Source: Candidatus Latescibacterota bacterium (GTDB lineage Bacteria; Latescibacterota; UBA2968). From it: a DNA stretch of 64,000 nt. The stretch spans positions 3,424,001 through 3,488,000 of the forward strand of contig OZ242195.1 in NCBI GenBank assembly GCA_965205975.1. The letters run 5' to 3'. The notes beneath the pieces were generated by a model, which did not search any database, was not told the origin of the DNA, and saw only the letters and a list, made by a program, of their open reading frames with translations. A program made the position numbers and the translations under genes. Below, piece after piece: positions 1-9,794 of the stretch (the stretch's first letter is position 1; the number at the start of each line of letters is the position of its first letter).

Positions 1-126
1 GCCTGAACAGCCGCCCGCGTCAAAATGCCATGCCCCCGCGGCCACCAACCCCAGGCCGAAGATCCAAATACAAATAGAATAAGTAATACCATACCTAATC
101 GACGCATCGATAATCTCCTTTCTTTT

Positions 127-1020
127 CTACTTCCCGTCCCAAACCTCTCGCTTCACATAATCTGCAATCTCCAAACGCTCGGACAATCGCCAGGCAGTCA
201 AATAAAGCCGTGCGGTAAATCGCGTCGCAGCGCGGGCGCGATCTTTTGCAAAAGCGATCACCTCGGCATTCGGTACCCAATTCTCCTCATCATATCTGGG
301 AATATTCGGTCCCATTTCATAAACCCGGTCAACCAGTGCAAACCCCTCCTCAAACTCCCGCATAATCTCAGACATCGTGTTTTCAAAAGGCGTCACATCC
401 TGATCGCGCGACAAATCCCCAGGCTCCATCTTCAAAAACTGCACCAGACCATCCACCTTCTGGTGAATACCCCTCTGCAACTTCTCGCCCCCCTCCACCA
501 CGCGCCCATCGTAGTGAATCGTCAAATGCAAAGGCTGGCACATATCCTCGGCATAATGCGCGAGAAAACCCGCATAAATCAGGCACTTGCTCTGAATATG
601 TGGATTATCGGGCCACTTGCGAAACTCGGCAAAAGCCACCGCCAGCCGCTCTGTCCACTCATTCACCGCATAAGGCACAAAACCCATCTTCTCGGGCGAC
701 ACTCCATGCTCATAACACAACTTCACAAACGCATAGCGACTCTCGGGCAACGCCGCCACATCGAGCATCTCGCGATCCAAAAAATGCTCGGGATACTCTG
801 CGCCTCGCACCTGCGGCGTACCCCGGTTCTTACCCATATCGGGATCAATACTCAAATGCGCCACCGTCTTTGCCCCCTGCCTGAAAAACGCGGGAACCTC
901 ATCGGGCAAAGCCGCCACAGCGGACAAAGTCAGAATATGATGCCCTTCCAGCAACCAGCCTCGAGCAGGAGAACACAACCCTGCCAAAAGCAAAACAGAA
1001 ATAGCAAATCGTTTGAACAT
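127..1020 (-). CDS. S1/P1 nuclease / zinc-dependent phospholipase C superfamily protein, secreted
   Basis: Signal peptide MFKRFAISVLLLAGLCSPARG, then W-x3-GH and HYAEDMCQPLH zinc-ligand motifs. Start moved to the ATG at 1020 behind a GGAGG RBS. Confidence 0.7.
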   Translation of the reverse strand: MFKRFAISVLLLAGLCSPARGWLLEGHHILTLSAVAALPDEVPAFFRQGAKTVAHLSIDPDMGKNRGTPQVRGAEYPEHFLDREMLDVAALPESRYAFVKLCYEHGVSPEKMGFVPYAVNEWTERLAVAFAEFRKWPDNPHIQSKCLIYAGFLAHYAEDMCQPLHLTIHYDGRVVEGGEKLQRGIHQKVDGLVQFLKMEPGDLSRDQDVTPFENTMSEIMREFEEGFALVDRVYEMGPNIPRYDEENWVPNAEVIAFAKDRARAATRFTARLYLTAWRLSERLEIADYVKREVWDGK

Positions 1021-1091
1021 TAATACCTCCTGTAAATGCATAGGCAACCACAGATGGACACTGATGAACACAGAGGGAAAGGCAAAACCTT

Positions 1092-1196
1092 CTGGATCGC
1101 GGCTAACAGCATGCCGCGATGACACATGGGACGGCACAGGGGCCGTCCCCTACAACCCTATGCCGCAATGACGGGCGAGGCATGCCCCGCCCCTAC
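1092..1196. repeat. Cluster of REP-like palindromes (CTGGATCGCGG...CCGCGATGAC plus two GTAG-type hairpins)
   Basis: CTGGATCGCGGCTAACAGCATGCCGCGATGAC at 1092-1123. GGGACGGCACAGGGGCCGTCCCCTAC and GGGCGAGGCATGCCCCGCCCCTAC both end in CTAC. Confidence 0.7.
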
Positions 1197-1244
1197 AATG
1201 GATAACTAACCACTTACTGCTGACCACTGTCACACATAAAGACA

Positions 1245-1271
1245 GCGGAGAAACTCAGAAAGTTTCTCCGC
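1245..1271 (-). terminator. Hairpin downstream of tRNA-Sec
   Basis: Inverted repeat GCGGAGAAACT-CAGAA-AGTTTCTCCGC. Confidence 0.55.
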
Positions 1272-1280
1272 TATCAAAAA

Positions 1281-1378
1281 TGGCGGGAATGTGTGGGAAT
1301 CGAACCCACCAAGCGTGGGGTTAGCACGCAACAACGGGTTTGAAGCCCGCGGGGGACACCAGTTCCCCATCCACTCCC
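1281..1378 (-). tRNA. selC: tRNA-Sec (UCA anticodon)
   Basis: Reverse complement reads GGGAGTGG...GCGGG CTTCAAA CCCGT, long variable arm, GGTTCGATTCC, ...CCCGCCA. 98 nt, encoded CCA, immediately downstream of selD. Confidence 0.95.
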
Positions 1379-1380
1379 AA

Positions 1381-2424
1381 TCACGCTCGTACCTCAATCT
1401 CACCGGGATATTCTGCAACCACCTCGCCAATATCTCGAGCCATCACACCGCGCTCAATTAGTGCCCCAAGAAAAGCATCAGCCACATCGGGCGCAAGTGC
1501 AATCAACAGACCGCCAGAAGTCTGCGGATCAAAAAACAAACGCCTCAAAGCCTCGTCAACATCATCGGCAAACCTCACCGCATGCCCTCGCGCCGCCCGA
1601 TTGCGCCGCAAACCACCGCCCTCGCGCCCCTCTGCAATCTGCAAAGCCAGATCAAAACGCGGCACATCAGAAGCACGAATGCGAATCCCCACCCCACTCG
1701 CCTGCGCCATCTCCAACCCATGCCCCAGCAATCCAAACCCCGTAATATCCGTACACCCATGCGCTTTATATGCAACCATCTCCTCGGCTGCGATGCTATT
1801 CAACTGCACCATAGAATCCACGGCAACTTGCAACGCATCTTCATTGATCTTGCCATTTTGATAGGCATCCGACATCAAACCCGTACCCAGCGGCTTGGTC
1901 AAAATCAGACGATCACCCACCCGAGCACCCGCATTGGTCTTCACATCGTCTGGATGCACAACCCCCGTCACAGACAACCCGAACTTGGGTTCCACATCCT
2001 CCACAGAATGCCCGCCGACCAAAACCGCGCCAGACTCCGCCACCTTCTCCTGTGCCCCTCTTAAAACCTCGGCAATTACCTCTGGCTCGACGTCATCACT
2101 CGGAAACCCGCAAATATTCAGCGCAGTAATCGGGCGCCCCCCCATCGCATACACATCGCTCAGCGAATTGGCTGCGGCAATCTGCCCATACGCATGTGGA
2201 TCATCGACAATCGGCGTAAAAAAATCCACCGTCTGAATAAGCGCCACATCCTCAGAAATCCGAAACACGCCAGCATCATCCGCCGTATTCATCCCCACCA
2301 TCAAATCGGGATGCACTACAGGCGGCAACTTTTTCAAAATCACATCCAGCACCGCTGGATCGAGTTTCGATGCTCAACCACCGCAACTGACGAGCTGCGT
2401 CAATCTTCTACCGCGATACTTCAT
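1381..2424 (-). CDS. selD: Selenide, water dikinase (selenophosphate synthetase), Sec-containing form
   Basis: MKYRGRRLTQLVSCGG-U(TGA 2376-2374)-ASKLDP continues in frame into the 1381..2352 ORF. Motifs QTVDFFTPIVDDP, AANSLSDVYAMGG, TDITGFGLLGH, DPQTSGGLL. SECIS-like hairpin ATCCAGC-GGT-GCTGGAT follows the UGA. Confidence 0.95.
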
Positions 2425-3254
2425 TTTTTTAACTCCTCATCTTCTCTCGCCATCTGTTCCTTTTGCCAGCGATAATCGACCTTGCCATCGTAAAACATCC
2501 CGGGATTCTCTATCGCCCACAACTGCTTTCGAATCAACCAATTCTTGGGATCCAGAACATACGCGCGCTTTAACTCTGCAATCGCATCTTCCCGCTTGCC
2601 CTGTTTTAGCAACACAATAGCGCGCTGAAATTTTGCATCGGCCTCCTGCTCATCCGCAGTCAGCACGCGGGGCTTCGCACCCTTATCCCCATCGCGCCAG
2701 GCACCGGGAATAGCCCCCGTAGTTATCCACGCAACCAGTTCTCCGCGCAGGGTCTCATCGTCAATATTAACGCTACCAACACTGCGAACAAGTCGTCCTT
2801 CTTCATCCACAAAAATCCCAACTGGCACAAATTTGACATTATACGCTTTCCCAATCGCATTGTGCTGATCCAGCAATGCGCGATATGTACCGCCGGCCTT
2901 TTCAACCCAGGGTCTGGCAACCTCGGCGCCCTGGGCATCCTGAGCAATGACCACCACCTCAACCTGTTCACCGTACTCCTGATAAAACGCTTGCCATCCA
3001 GGCAACTGAGCGCGGCACCCTCACCAGGACGCCCACATAAAAAACACCGTCTTCTTCCCGCGAAAATCACTCGAAGAAATCATCTCCCCAGAGTACAAAT
3101 CCGGCAGTGTAAACGCAGGTGGCGCATGCCCAATGCTCAGGCCAATATCATTTAGTTCAGGCTCCAAAGTCTTCATAGATTCCTCCCCTGATAAGATATG
3201 CGTTGGGATGAGTACACTTGCCAACAGGATCAATATAAGTGCTGTTTTGCCCAT
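2421..3254 (-). CDS. ResA/TlpA-like thioredoxin-fold selenoprotein (WASW-U-GC motif) with C-terminal TPR-like helices
   Basis: ORFs 3021..3254 and 2421..3005 join in frame through TGA 3023-3021 (FFMWASW-U-GCRAQLPGWQ). Hairpin TTGCC-TGGAT-GGCAA lies downstream of the UGA. Alternative start is the ATG at 3176 behind GGGGAGGA. Confidence 0.85.
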
Positions 3255-3330
3255 CTTGTCTCCAGTCTAAAAAACTGGGCAGGTTCACTAACTGTACATG
3301 TGTGCCACGTAAACGCCCCTGCTTCCACGC

Positions 3331-3387
3331 TCAGCCACCACAACTGGCGAACTGAATCAATCTTTTAGCGCGATCTTGCCATTTCAT
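3331..3387 (-). other. Short ORF resembling the SelD N-terminus (MKWQDRAKRLIQFASCGG-TGA)
   Basis: KRLIQFASCGG*AWK aligns with SelD RRLTQLVSCGG*ASK, including the TGA position. Confidence 0.65.
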
Positions 3388-3399
3388 TGGTCTCTCTTT

Positions 3400-3801
3400 C
3401 TACGACCCGATCTTACGTGCATAGTCTCCGCACTGCACATCTACGAATTCACGATAGACTCTTTTCTTTTCTGGCTCCCGGTAGACGAGAGTAGATAACA
3501 CGGCCTGGGCAGCGGATATTGTTATTGGCACCGGTACCATATCGAATTCATAAGTTTCAATAGTACACATGTGATCCTGAGCGTGAATGACCTCGCCTTT
3601 ACCCTTGATCTCTTCCAGTATGCCCAGACTTTCGCCTGTCTTAGGATCGTGTACCTCTTCCCCAAGATTGAAAACTACGAACTTGTCACCATTCGAGATA
3701 CCATCGTTTGATCCCTTGTTGAGCACAACCTTTCGTTCGTTACAAATTTTGGCAACGAAACCATCGTGTTTTACCGCAATGCCTGCTCTTTTATCAGCCA
3801 T
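3400..3801 (-). CDS. Hypothetical protein, FlgT C-terminal-like beta domain
   Basis: Pattern VVLNKGSNDGISNGDKFVVF...DPKTGESLG; 133 aa. Confidence 0.55.
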   Translation of the reverse strand: MADKRAGIAVKHDGFVAKICNERKVVLNKGSNDGISNGDKFVVFNLGEEVHDPKTGESLGILEEIKGKGEVIHAQDHMCTIETYEFDMVPVPITISAAQAVLSTLVYREPEKKRVYREFVDVQCGDYARKIGS

Positions 3802-4321
3802 TTAAATGCTCCTTTTTTACGCCACGCTTTGCCTGTAGTTGTTCCAGTCTGCTCTCATCACTGAGATAATCTAACAATGGTTCATCAGTAAACGAGAAAA
3901 ATACCACACTTTGTGGAAAACCCAGATTGGTAATCGTCTCAACCGATATTAGACAAACAGGTACCTCCACATCTCCTTCACGCACAAATAAGGTAAGAAT
4001 ATCGCCGACAAGAACATTATCACTTCGCTCCAAAAGGACTATCACTGTATTCTTGAAGGAATGCGTGCCCCGAGACACCTTACGCACACTCAATGGTCAA
4101 TCAACCTTCTTATACAAGAGATAGGCTACGTAGAGAACAGAGATAAGCAAGGTTAAGAGCAGGAGCGCGACCACTACAAGCACTTTTATCCCAAATGTCC
4201 AAGATCCACCCACGCCAATCGCTGCCGAGACTGAAACGAGACCAACAAACAGTGCCATTGCCTTTGCGATAGGTCGCCATAGAGTCTCACCCACAAATCC
4301 TCGACCACCTCTGATTCCCAT
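3794..4321 (-). pseudogene. Hypothetical two-TM membrane protein interrupted by an in-frame TGA (pseudogene or readthrough)
   Basis: ORFs 4097..4345 and 3794..4093 share a frame and are separated by TGA 4099-4097. GAGGAG RBS precedes the ATG at 4321. Confidence 0.5.
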
Positions 4322-4430
4322 GAAGACTCCTCTTAACAAGCACACCTGCGATTATATCCGCGAGCAATCTAAATCTACGAGAATAGCGAAGAATGTCAAC
4401 ATCACACCTGCCTTTGTTAAGCCATGAACA

Positions 4431-4467
4431 CCAAACCGCTCGGCAATCATCTCACCGAGCGGCTTGG
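4431..4467 (-). terminator. Hairpin terminator downstream of msrP
   Basis: Inverted repeat CCAAACCGCTCGG...CCGAGCGGCTTGG. Confidence 0.55.
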
Positions 4468-4490
4468 CATACAACGGACATTAATTTTCA

Positions 4491-5450
4491 CTAACCGTAC
4501 AGATGCGCCACATAATCCCCATACCCATTGTACATCCGGGTAGGCACGCGATCCATCGTCCCGATCAACCGCTCTGTTGCTTGAGACCAGCGCGGGTGTG
4601 GCACATTGGGATTTACATTAGACCAAAAATCGTACTCAGCAGGTGCCACCTTGTTCCAGAACGTCGGAGGTTGTCGTTTCGTGAACTCGATCTTCACAAT
4701 GGACTTAATACTCTTATACCCGTATTTCCACGGCGTAACCAACCGAATGGGCGCCCCGTGCTGTTTGGGCAACGCATGACCGTAAATACCCGTCGTGAGC
4801 ATCGTCAGTTCATTCGTCGCCTCTTCCATAGTCAGCCCCTCAAAATAAGGCCACGGATACCAGGACTGCGTCTTGATGCCCGGCGCCTGATCCGGGCGAT
4901 TGAACGTCACCATCCGCACGTACTTAGCCGACGACTGGGGCTGCACATAATCGATCAACGCCTTCATCGGAAACCCCGTCCACGGCACCGTCATCGCCCA
5001 TGCTTCCACGCACCGAAACCGATACACGCGCTCTTCCAGCGCGAACCGCTTGAGCAAATCGTCCAGATCATACGTCCCGGCCTTCTCCACATAACCCGAA
5101 ATCTCAATCTCCCAGGGGCGCACCTCAAACTTATCCGTCAACTCGTGAACTTTGCCCTTATTCGTGGTAAACTCGTAAAAATTATTGTACCGCGCGGCAA
5201 CCTTCTCCCGCGTCAATTCCCGCTCCACCGTGTAAATTTCATTGCGCTTTGCAGGATACAAACCCGGCAGCGATGGGGGAACTTCCACCTCAAACTCATC
5301 TTCTGCCATCGCGCAACCCGCGCCAATCACCGCGCTCGCGCCTGCAACACCCATAGCCTGCATAAAGCGCCGTCGATTCATGTAAATGTCTTCGGGCGTA
5401 ACCTCGCCTTCGGGCAACTGCCAACCTTTGGGAATATGGATAAAAGCCAT
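4491..5450 (-). CDS. msrP: Protein-methionine-sulfoxide reductase catalytic subunit (molybdoenzyme, YedY family)
   Basis: Tat motif NRRRFM; motifs YNNFYEF, RFRCVEAW, QHGAPIRLVTPWKYGYKSIKSI, NVNPNVPHPRWSQATER. Confidence 0.95.
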   Translation of the reverse strand: MAFIHIPKGWQLPEGEVTPEDIYMNRRRFMQAMGVAGASAVIGAGCAMAEDEFEVEVPPSLPGLYPAKRNEIYTVERELTREKVAARYNNFYEFTTNKGKVHELTDKFEVRPWEIEISGYVEKAGTYDLDDLLKRFALEERVYRFRCVEAWAMTVPWTGFPMKALIDYVQPQSSAKYVRMVTFNRPDQAPGIKTQSWYPWPYFEGLTMEEATNELTMLTTGIYGHALPKQHGAPIRLVTPWKYGYKSIKSIVKIEFTKRQPPTFWNKVAPAEYDFWSNVNPNVPHPRWSQATERLIGTMDRVPTRMYNGYGDYVAHLYG

Positions 5451-5471
5451 CGCATGCCTCCAATCAAATGC

Positions 5472-5625
5472 AAAAGCGAATCGGCGAATCAGCGAATCAA
5501 CGAATCAGCGAATCAACGACGGAGTTCGCACTGACTTTGGGAGGTGGGGTGGGGTTCGTCTATTCGTCTATTCGTCTATTCGTCTATTCGTCTATTCGTC
5601 TATTCGCGCTTTTCTCGTCTATTCG
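5472..5625 (-). repeat. Bipartite tandem-octamer element with conserved core, copy 1
   Basis: On the + strand: (RCGAATCR)x5, core, then (TTCGTCTA)x6. Second copy at 36898-36997. Confidence 0.8.
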
Positions 5626-6933
5626 TCACCGCCGATCCATCCCCACGTAATCGCGTATATCTGCCCCGGTATAAATCTGGCGCGGTCGGGCGATCTTCTG
5701 TTCGCTATCCCCCAGCATCTCTTTCCACTGCGCCAGCCAGCCACACGACCGCCCCACCGCAAATAACACCGTCATCATCCGCGTGGGCAATCCAATCGCC
5801 TGATAGATAATACCCGAATAAAAATCCACATTGGGATACAACTGACGCGAAATAAAATACTCCTCCTGCAGGGCAATCCGCTCCAACTCCAGCGCAATAT
5901 CAATCAGGGGATTTTTACCCGTCACCTCAAACACACTATACGCGGTCTCTTTGACAATCGCCGCCCTGGGATCGTAATTCTTGTAAACCCGATGCCCAAA
6001 CCCCTGCAACACCACCTCTTTGTTCTCCACCCGCTCGATATAAGCCGGCACCTTATCCACCGAGCCGATCTCATTGAGCATATTGAGCACGGCTTCATTC
6101 GCGCCCCCGTGTGCCGGACCGTAAAGCGCCGCTGCTGCACCAGCCATAGATGAATACGGGTCTGCCCCCCCACTGGCAACGCCTCGCATAATACTGGTAG
6201 ATAAATTCTGACCGTGATCGGCGTGCAAAATGAGCAACACTTCCAGCGCGCGTTCGAGCACCGGATCAGCCCGATAGGCCTCCCCCTCTGTCCCAAACAG
6301 CATATTCAAAAAATTGCCGTAAAGCCCCAACCCGGGATCTGACGACACATAAGGCGAGCCAGCACTGCGGCGATGCACCGCAGCACCTATGGTCACAACA
6401 TTGCCGATCAGACGACAAATATGACGAAGTTGTGCCTCTTCGGTTCCAAAATCTCCCTCATCATCGTAAAAAACCGACAGTGCCCCCAGCGCGCCCACCA
6501 GCATACCCATCGTATGAGATCCTCTGGGAAAACCATCGATAAAAGACAAAATATCGTCTGAAATCACCGTTTGAGAATTTACCTGCTCGGAAAATCCATC
6601 CAATTGATCGCGGCTGGGCAACTCGCCATAAACCAGCAAATAGGCCACTTCCAGATAAGAAGACGCCGCCACCAACTGCTCAATGGGATATCCGCGATAG
6701 CGCAAAATCCCCTTCGCCCCATCGATATACGTAACCGCACTGCTGCAAGACGCCGTATTGACATACGACGGGTCGTATCCCAACAGGCCAAAATCATTAT
6801 CCGAACCCTTGATTTGGTTCAACTCTTCTGTACGCACATGGGCACCATCCTCAGAATACGTGCCATAAGTAATAGGTAAATCATACGTTTCATCTGTCCG
6901 ATTATCAATAACTTTAAGTGAATCCTTGCTCAT
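5626..6933 (-). CDS. gltA: Citrate synthase
   Basis: Motifs YIDGAKGILRYRGYPIEQL, LHADHGQN, HGGANEAV, GFGHRVYKNYDPRA, YPNVDFYSG. Confidence 0.92.
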   Translation of the reverse strand: MSKDSLKVIDNRTDETYDLPITYGTYSEDGAHVRTEELNQIKGSDNDFGLLGYDPSYVNTASCSSAVTYIDGAKGILRYRGYPIEQLVAASSYLEVAYLLVYGELPSRDQLDGFSEQVNSQTVISDDILSFIDGFPRGSHTMGMLVGALGALSVFYDDEGDFGTEEAQLRHICRLIGNVVTIGAAVHRRSAGSPYVSSDPGLGLYGNFLNMLFGTEGEAYRADPVLERALEVLLILHADHGQNLSTSIMRGVASGGADPYSSMAGAAAALYGPAHGGANEAVLNMLNEIGSVDKVPAYIERVENKEVVLQGFGHRVYKNYDPRAAIVKETAYSVFEVTGKNPLIDIALELERIALQEEYFISRQLYPNVDFYSGIIYQAIGLPTRMMTVLFAVGRSCGWLAQWKEMLGDSEQKIARPRQIYTGADIRDYVGMDRR

Positions 6934-6981
6934 CACAAGCCCCTTTCTCATAATCCACCCATTTGGAGGAGAATTGTTCTG

Positions 6982-7647
6982 CTATTGCGCTATAACCTGA
7001 TAAATTCTACGCGAACTGCTCTGATCTGCAGGATCGGACTGCACAGAAACCGCATCAAAAACGCGCCGCAGTGCCCGTTCATAAGACGACCCATCCGCAC
7101 AAATCGCAAGTGCTCCGCCCGCCCGAAGTCGCATTTGCAACACGCGCAACATCGACAAACTATAAGCCTGGCGATTCTCTGCTCGCGCCACCTGATCTGG
7201 CCCAACATCAATGTGCATCGCAATACCGTGATAATTGCGCGGAGAGCCCTGCACATAAGAACAAAAATCGCCCACAACAAGCTCGACCCGTGCGTCATTC
7301 AGCAAATCGGCATTGGTCAAAAAGGTGCGATTCCATTCTACAATTTGCGGCTCAATTTCCACCACGCAAACGGACTGCACAGCCCTGTGCTTCAGCACCT
7401 GCCGCAACGTCACGCCCAATCCAAGCCCACCGACCAACACATCGGCATATCTCTGATCTGGAGAAATGCCAGATAGTGCGAGATCGGCAAGTGCGATCTC
7501 CAAATCGGAACTGCTACTCGCAATCGCATGCCCATTTATAGAAAGCACATGATACCACTGCCCGTCAACTATTGTCTCATCAAGCCGAAAATTTCCATTT
7601 TGCGTCTCGACCGATGCCACGTGACTTAGCGTGCTATCGCTCTGCAT
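6982..7647 (-). CDS. Spermidine synthase-like class I SAM-dependent methyltransferase
   Basis: Motifs VLVGGLGLGVTL and VVEIEPQIVEWNR. Confidence 0.75.
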   Translation of the reverse strand: MQSDSTLSHVASVETQNGNFRLDETIVDGQWYHVLSINGHAIASSSSDLEIALADLALSGISPDQRYADVLVGGLGLGVTLRQVLKHRAVQSVCVVEIEPQIVEWNRTFLTNADLLNDARVELVVGDFCSYVQGSPRNYHGIAMHIDVGPDQVARAENRQAYSLSMLRVLQMRLRAGGALAICADGSSYERALRRVFDAVSVQSDPADQSSSRRIYQVIAQ

Positions 7648-7809
7648 TCATCGCGCCTTTTTAAAAAAATCCGATTTGGACAAGTATTACAATATAACGG
7701 AGATTCCAAAATTTTCAAATATATTTGGTCAATAATCACCTCTCATTACCCACTTGATTTTTAAAGCGCGAATCCCTTTATTGACTCACCGGCTAACAGG
7801 AATAAATTT

Positions 7810-8637
7810 ATGAGTCAACACATCGGCAGCATTGAAATCATAGCAACACATATCCACCGGAGGCATTATCGCTCAGTGCTCTTTGATTTTGACGGCACAT
7901 TGTCGCTCATTCGCCAGGGCTGGCGCGAAATCATGATCCCCATGATGGTCGAGATACTCTCCGAACTCAACACCGGCGAAACCGAAGCGGAACATCGCGT
8001 CCTGGTCACCGAATTTATCGACCGTCTCACCGGCAGACAAACCATCTACCAGATGATTCAGCTCTGTCGAGAAATCCAAAAACGCGGTGGCACACCAGAC
8101 GATCCCTTGACCTACAAACAGCGTTTTCACGACCTGCTCAACGCCCACATAGCCCATCGCATTCGCGGCCTCGAAACCGGCGAAATGGACCCCGACCATC
8201 TCATGCTACCCCATACCCTCGCCCTGCTCGACAATCTATCCAACCGCGGCCTGATGCTTTATTTAGCCAGCGGCACCGACCTCGTCTTTGTCCGCCGCGA
8301 AGTCGAATTACTCGGCCTTACGACCTACTTTGAAGACCGCGTCTTTGGCGCATTGGACCAGCACGAAAACTTCTCCAAAGCCATGGTCATTCAGAACATG
8401 CTCAAAACCCATGCCATAGACGGCTCTCAACTCCTCGGTTTTGGCGATGGATACGTCGAAATCGAAAACGTAAAAGCTGTAGGAGGCACCGCTATCGGTG
8501 TTGCATCAGACGAAGTCAAACGCGAAGGCATCAATGCCTGGAAGCGAAACCGCCTCATCGAAGTCGGTGCAGATATCATCATCCCGGAATACCGAGAACA
8601 AGAAACTCTCATCGCATATTTGTGTGAACCACCCTAA
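7810..8637 (+). CDS. HAD-family hydrolase
   Basis: Motif I FDFDGTLS, LASGT, FGDGYVEI. Confidence 0.85.
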   Translation: MSQHIGSIEIIATHIHRRHYRSVLFDFDGTLSLIRQGWREIMIPMMVEILSELNTGETEAEHRVLVTEFIDRLTGRQTIYQMIQLCREIQKRGGTPDDPLTYKQRFHDLLNAHIAHRIRGLETGEMDPDHLMLPHTLALLDNLSNRGLMLYLASGTDLVFVRREVELLGLTTYFEDRVFGALDQHENFSKAMVIQNMLKTHAIDGSQLLGFGDGYVEIENVKAVGGTAIGVASDEVKREGINAWKRNRLIEVGADIIIPEYREQETLIAYLCEPP

Positions 8638-8647
8638 AGGAGATACC

Positions 8648-9772
8648 ATGAAAATCACCAAACTCGAAACCTTCCTCGTCAAACCGCGCTGGCTCTTTCT
8701 CAAAATGCACACAGACGAGGGCCTCGTTGGCCTTGGCGAACCCATCCTCGAAGGACGCGCCCGTACCTGCGCTCAAGCCGTAGCAGAACTCGAACCCTAT
8801 CTCATTGGCAAAGACCCCCGTCGCGTGGTACATCACTGGCAGGCCATGTACCGCCATGCATTCTATCGCGGCGGACCCATTCTCACCAGTGCCCTATCCG
8901 GTGTTGAACAAGCACTTTGGGACCTCGCCGGAAAAGCTGCAAACATGCCCGTCTATGAAATGCTCGGCGGGCCCTTGCGCGACCGCATCAAAATGTACAA
9001 AGGCACGGGAGGGGGCGGCACGCCCGAACAGGCTGCTGCTGCAGTAAAAGAGCGTAAAAAACAGGGATTTATCGCCATAAAGACCGGCCCAGCCAAAATT
9101 CGCCCGGCGCGCATCGTCGAAAACCCGGCCTTTATCGATCACGCAGTCGAAACATTTGCCGCCATGCGCGAAGCGGGCGGACCGGACTTTGACATCGCCA
9201 TCGACTTTCACGGCGCCATATCACCGCAAACCGCCGCCATACTCATCAAAGCGCTCGAACCCTACCAGCCGATGTTTGTCGAAGAACCCATCCAGTGTCA
9301 AGACATAGAAGGCATGGCAGAACTCGCACGCAAAACCCACTTACCCATCGCAACAGGCGAACGCATCTTCACCAAATGGGGCTTCCGCGACCTCCTCGAA
9401 AAACGCGCCTGTTCCATCATACAGCCCGACCTGTCACACGCTGGCGGCATCTTCGAAACCCGTCTGATTGCGGGCATCGCAGAATCCTATTACGCAGCCG
9501 TTGCCCCGCACTGTCCGCTCGGCCCCATTTCATTAGCCGCCTGCATCCAGCTCGACGCCAGCATCCCCAACTTCCTCGCGCAAGAACACACCATGTTTGG
9601 CGAAGACTATCTCAAAGAACCGTTCCAATTCAAAGACGGCTACGTCGAATTGCCCAAAGGTCCCGGCCTTGGCATTGAACTGGACGACGACAAAATGGAA
9701 GACAAAATTGGCCACGACTGGAACAATCAAAGATCCCTTCACCCCGACGATGGATCGGTCGTCGATTGGTAA
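8648..9772 (+). CDS. dgoD: Galactonate dehydratase (mandelate racemase/enolase superfamily)
   Basis: MKITKLETFLVKPRWLFLK, FYRGGPILTSALSG, IDFHG, APHCPLGPI, DGSVVDW; AAGGAG RBS. Confidence 0.85.
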   Translation: MKITKLETFLVKPRWLFLKMHTDEGLVGLGEPILEGRARTCAQAVAELEPYLIGKDPRRVVHHWQAMYRHAFYRGGPILTSALSGVEQALWDLAGKAANMPVYEMLGGPLRDRIKMYKGTGGGGTPEQAAAAVKERKKQGFIAIKTGPAKIRPARIVENPAFIDHAVETFAAMREAGGPDFDIAIDFHGAISPQTAAILIKALEPYQPMFVEEPIQCQDIEGMAELARKTHLPIATGERIFTKWGFRDLLEKRACSIIQPDLSHAGGIFETRLIAGIAESYYAAVAPHCPLGPISLAACIQLDASIPNFLAQEHTMFGEDYLKEPFQFKDGYVELPKGPGLGIELDDDKMEDKIGHDWNNQRSLHPDDGSVVDW

Positions 9773-9794
9773 AATAATTTCTCAAGGAGACCGC

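Noticed and set aside
25..1023. Long ORFs antisense or frame-shifted to real genes (also 4503..5534, 31717..32424, 39178..40185, 50499..51272, 52039..52809)
   Set aside because: Shadow ORFs with no motifs, overlapping well-supported genes; explained by codon and strand bias.
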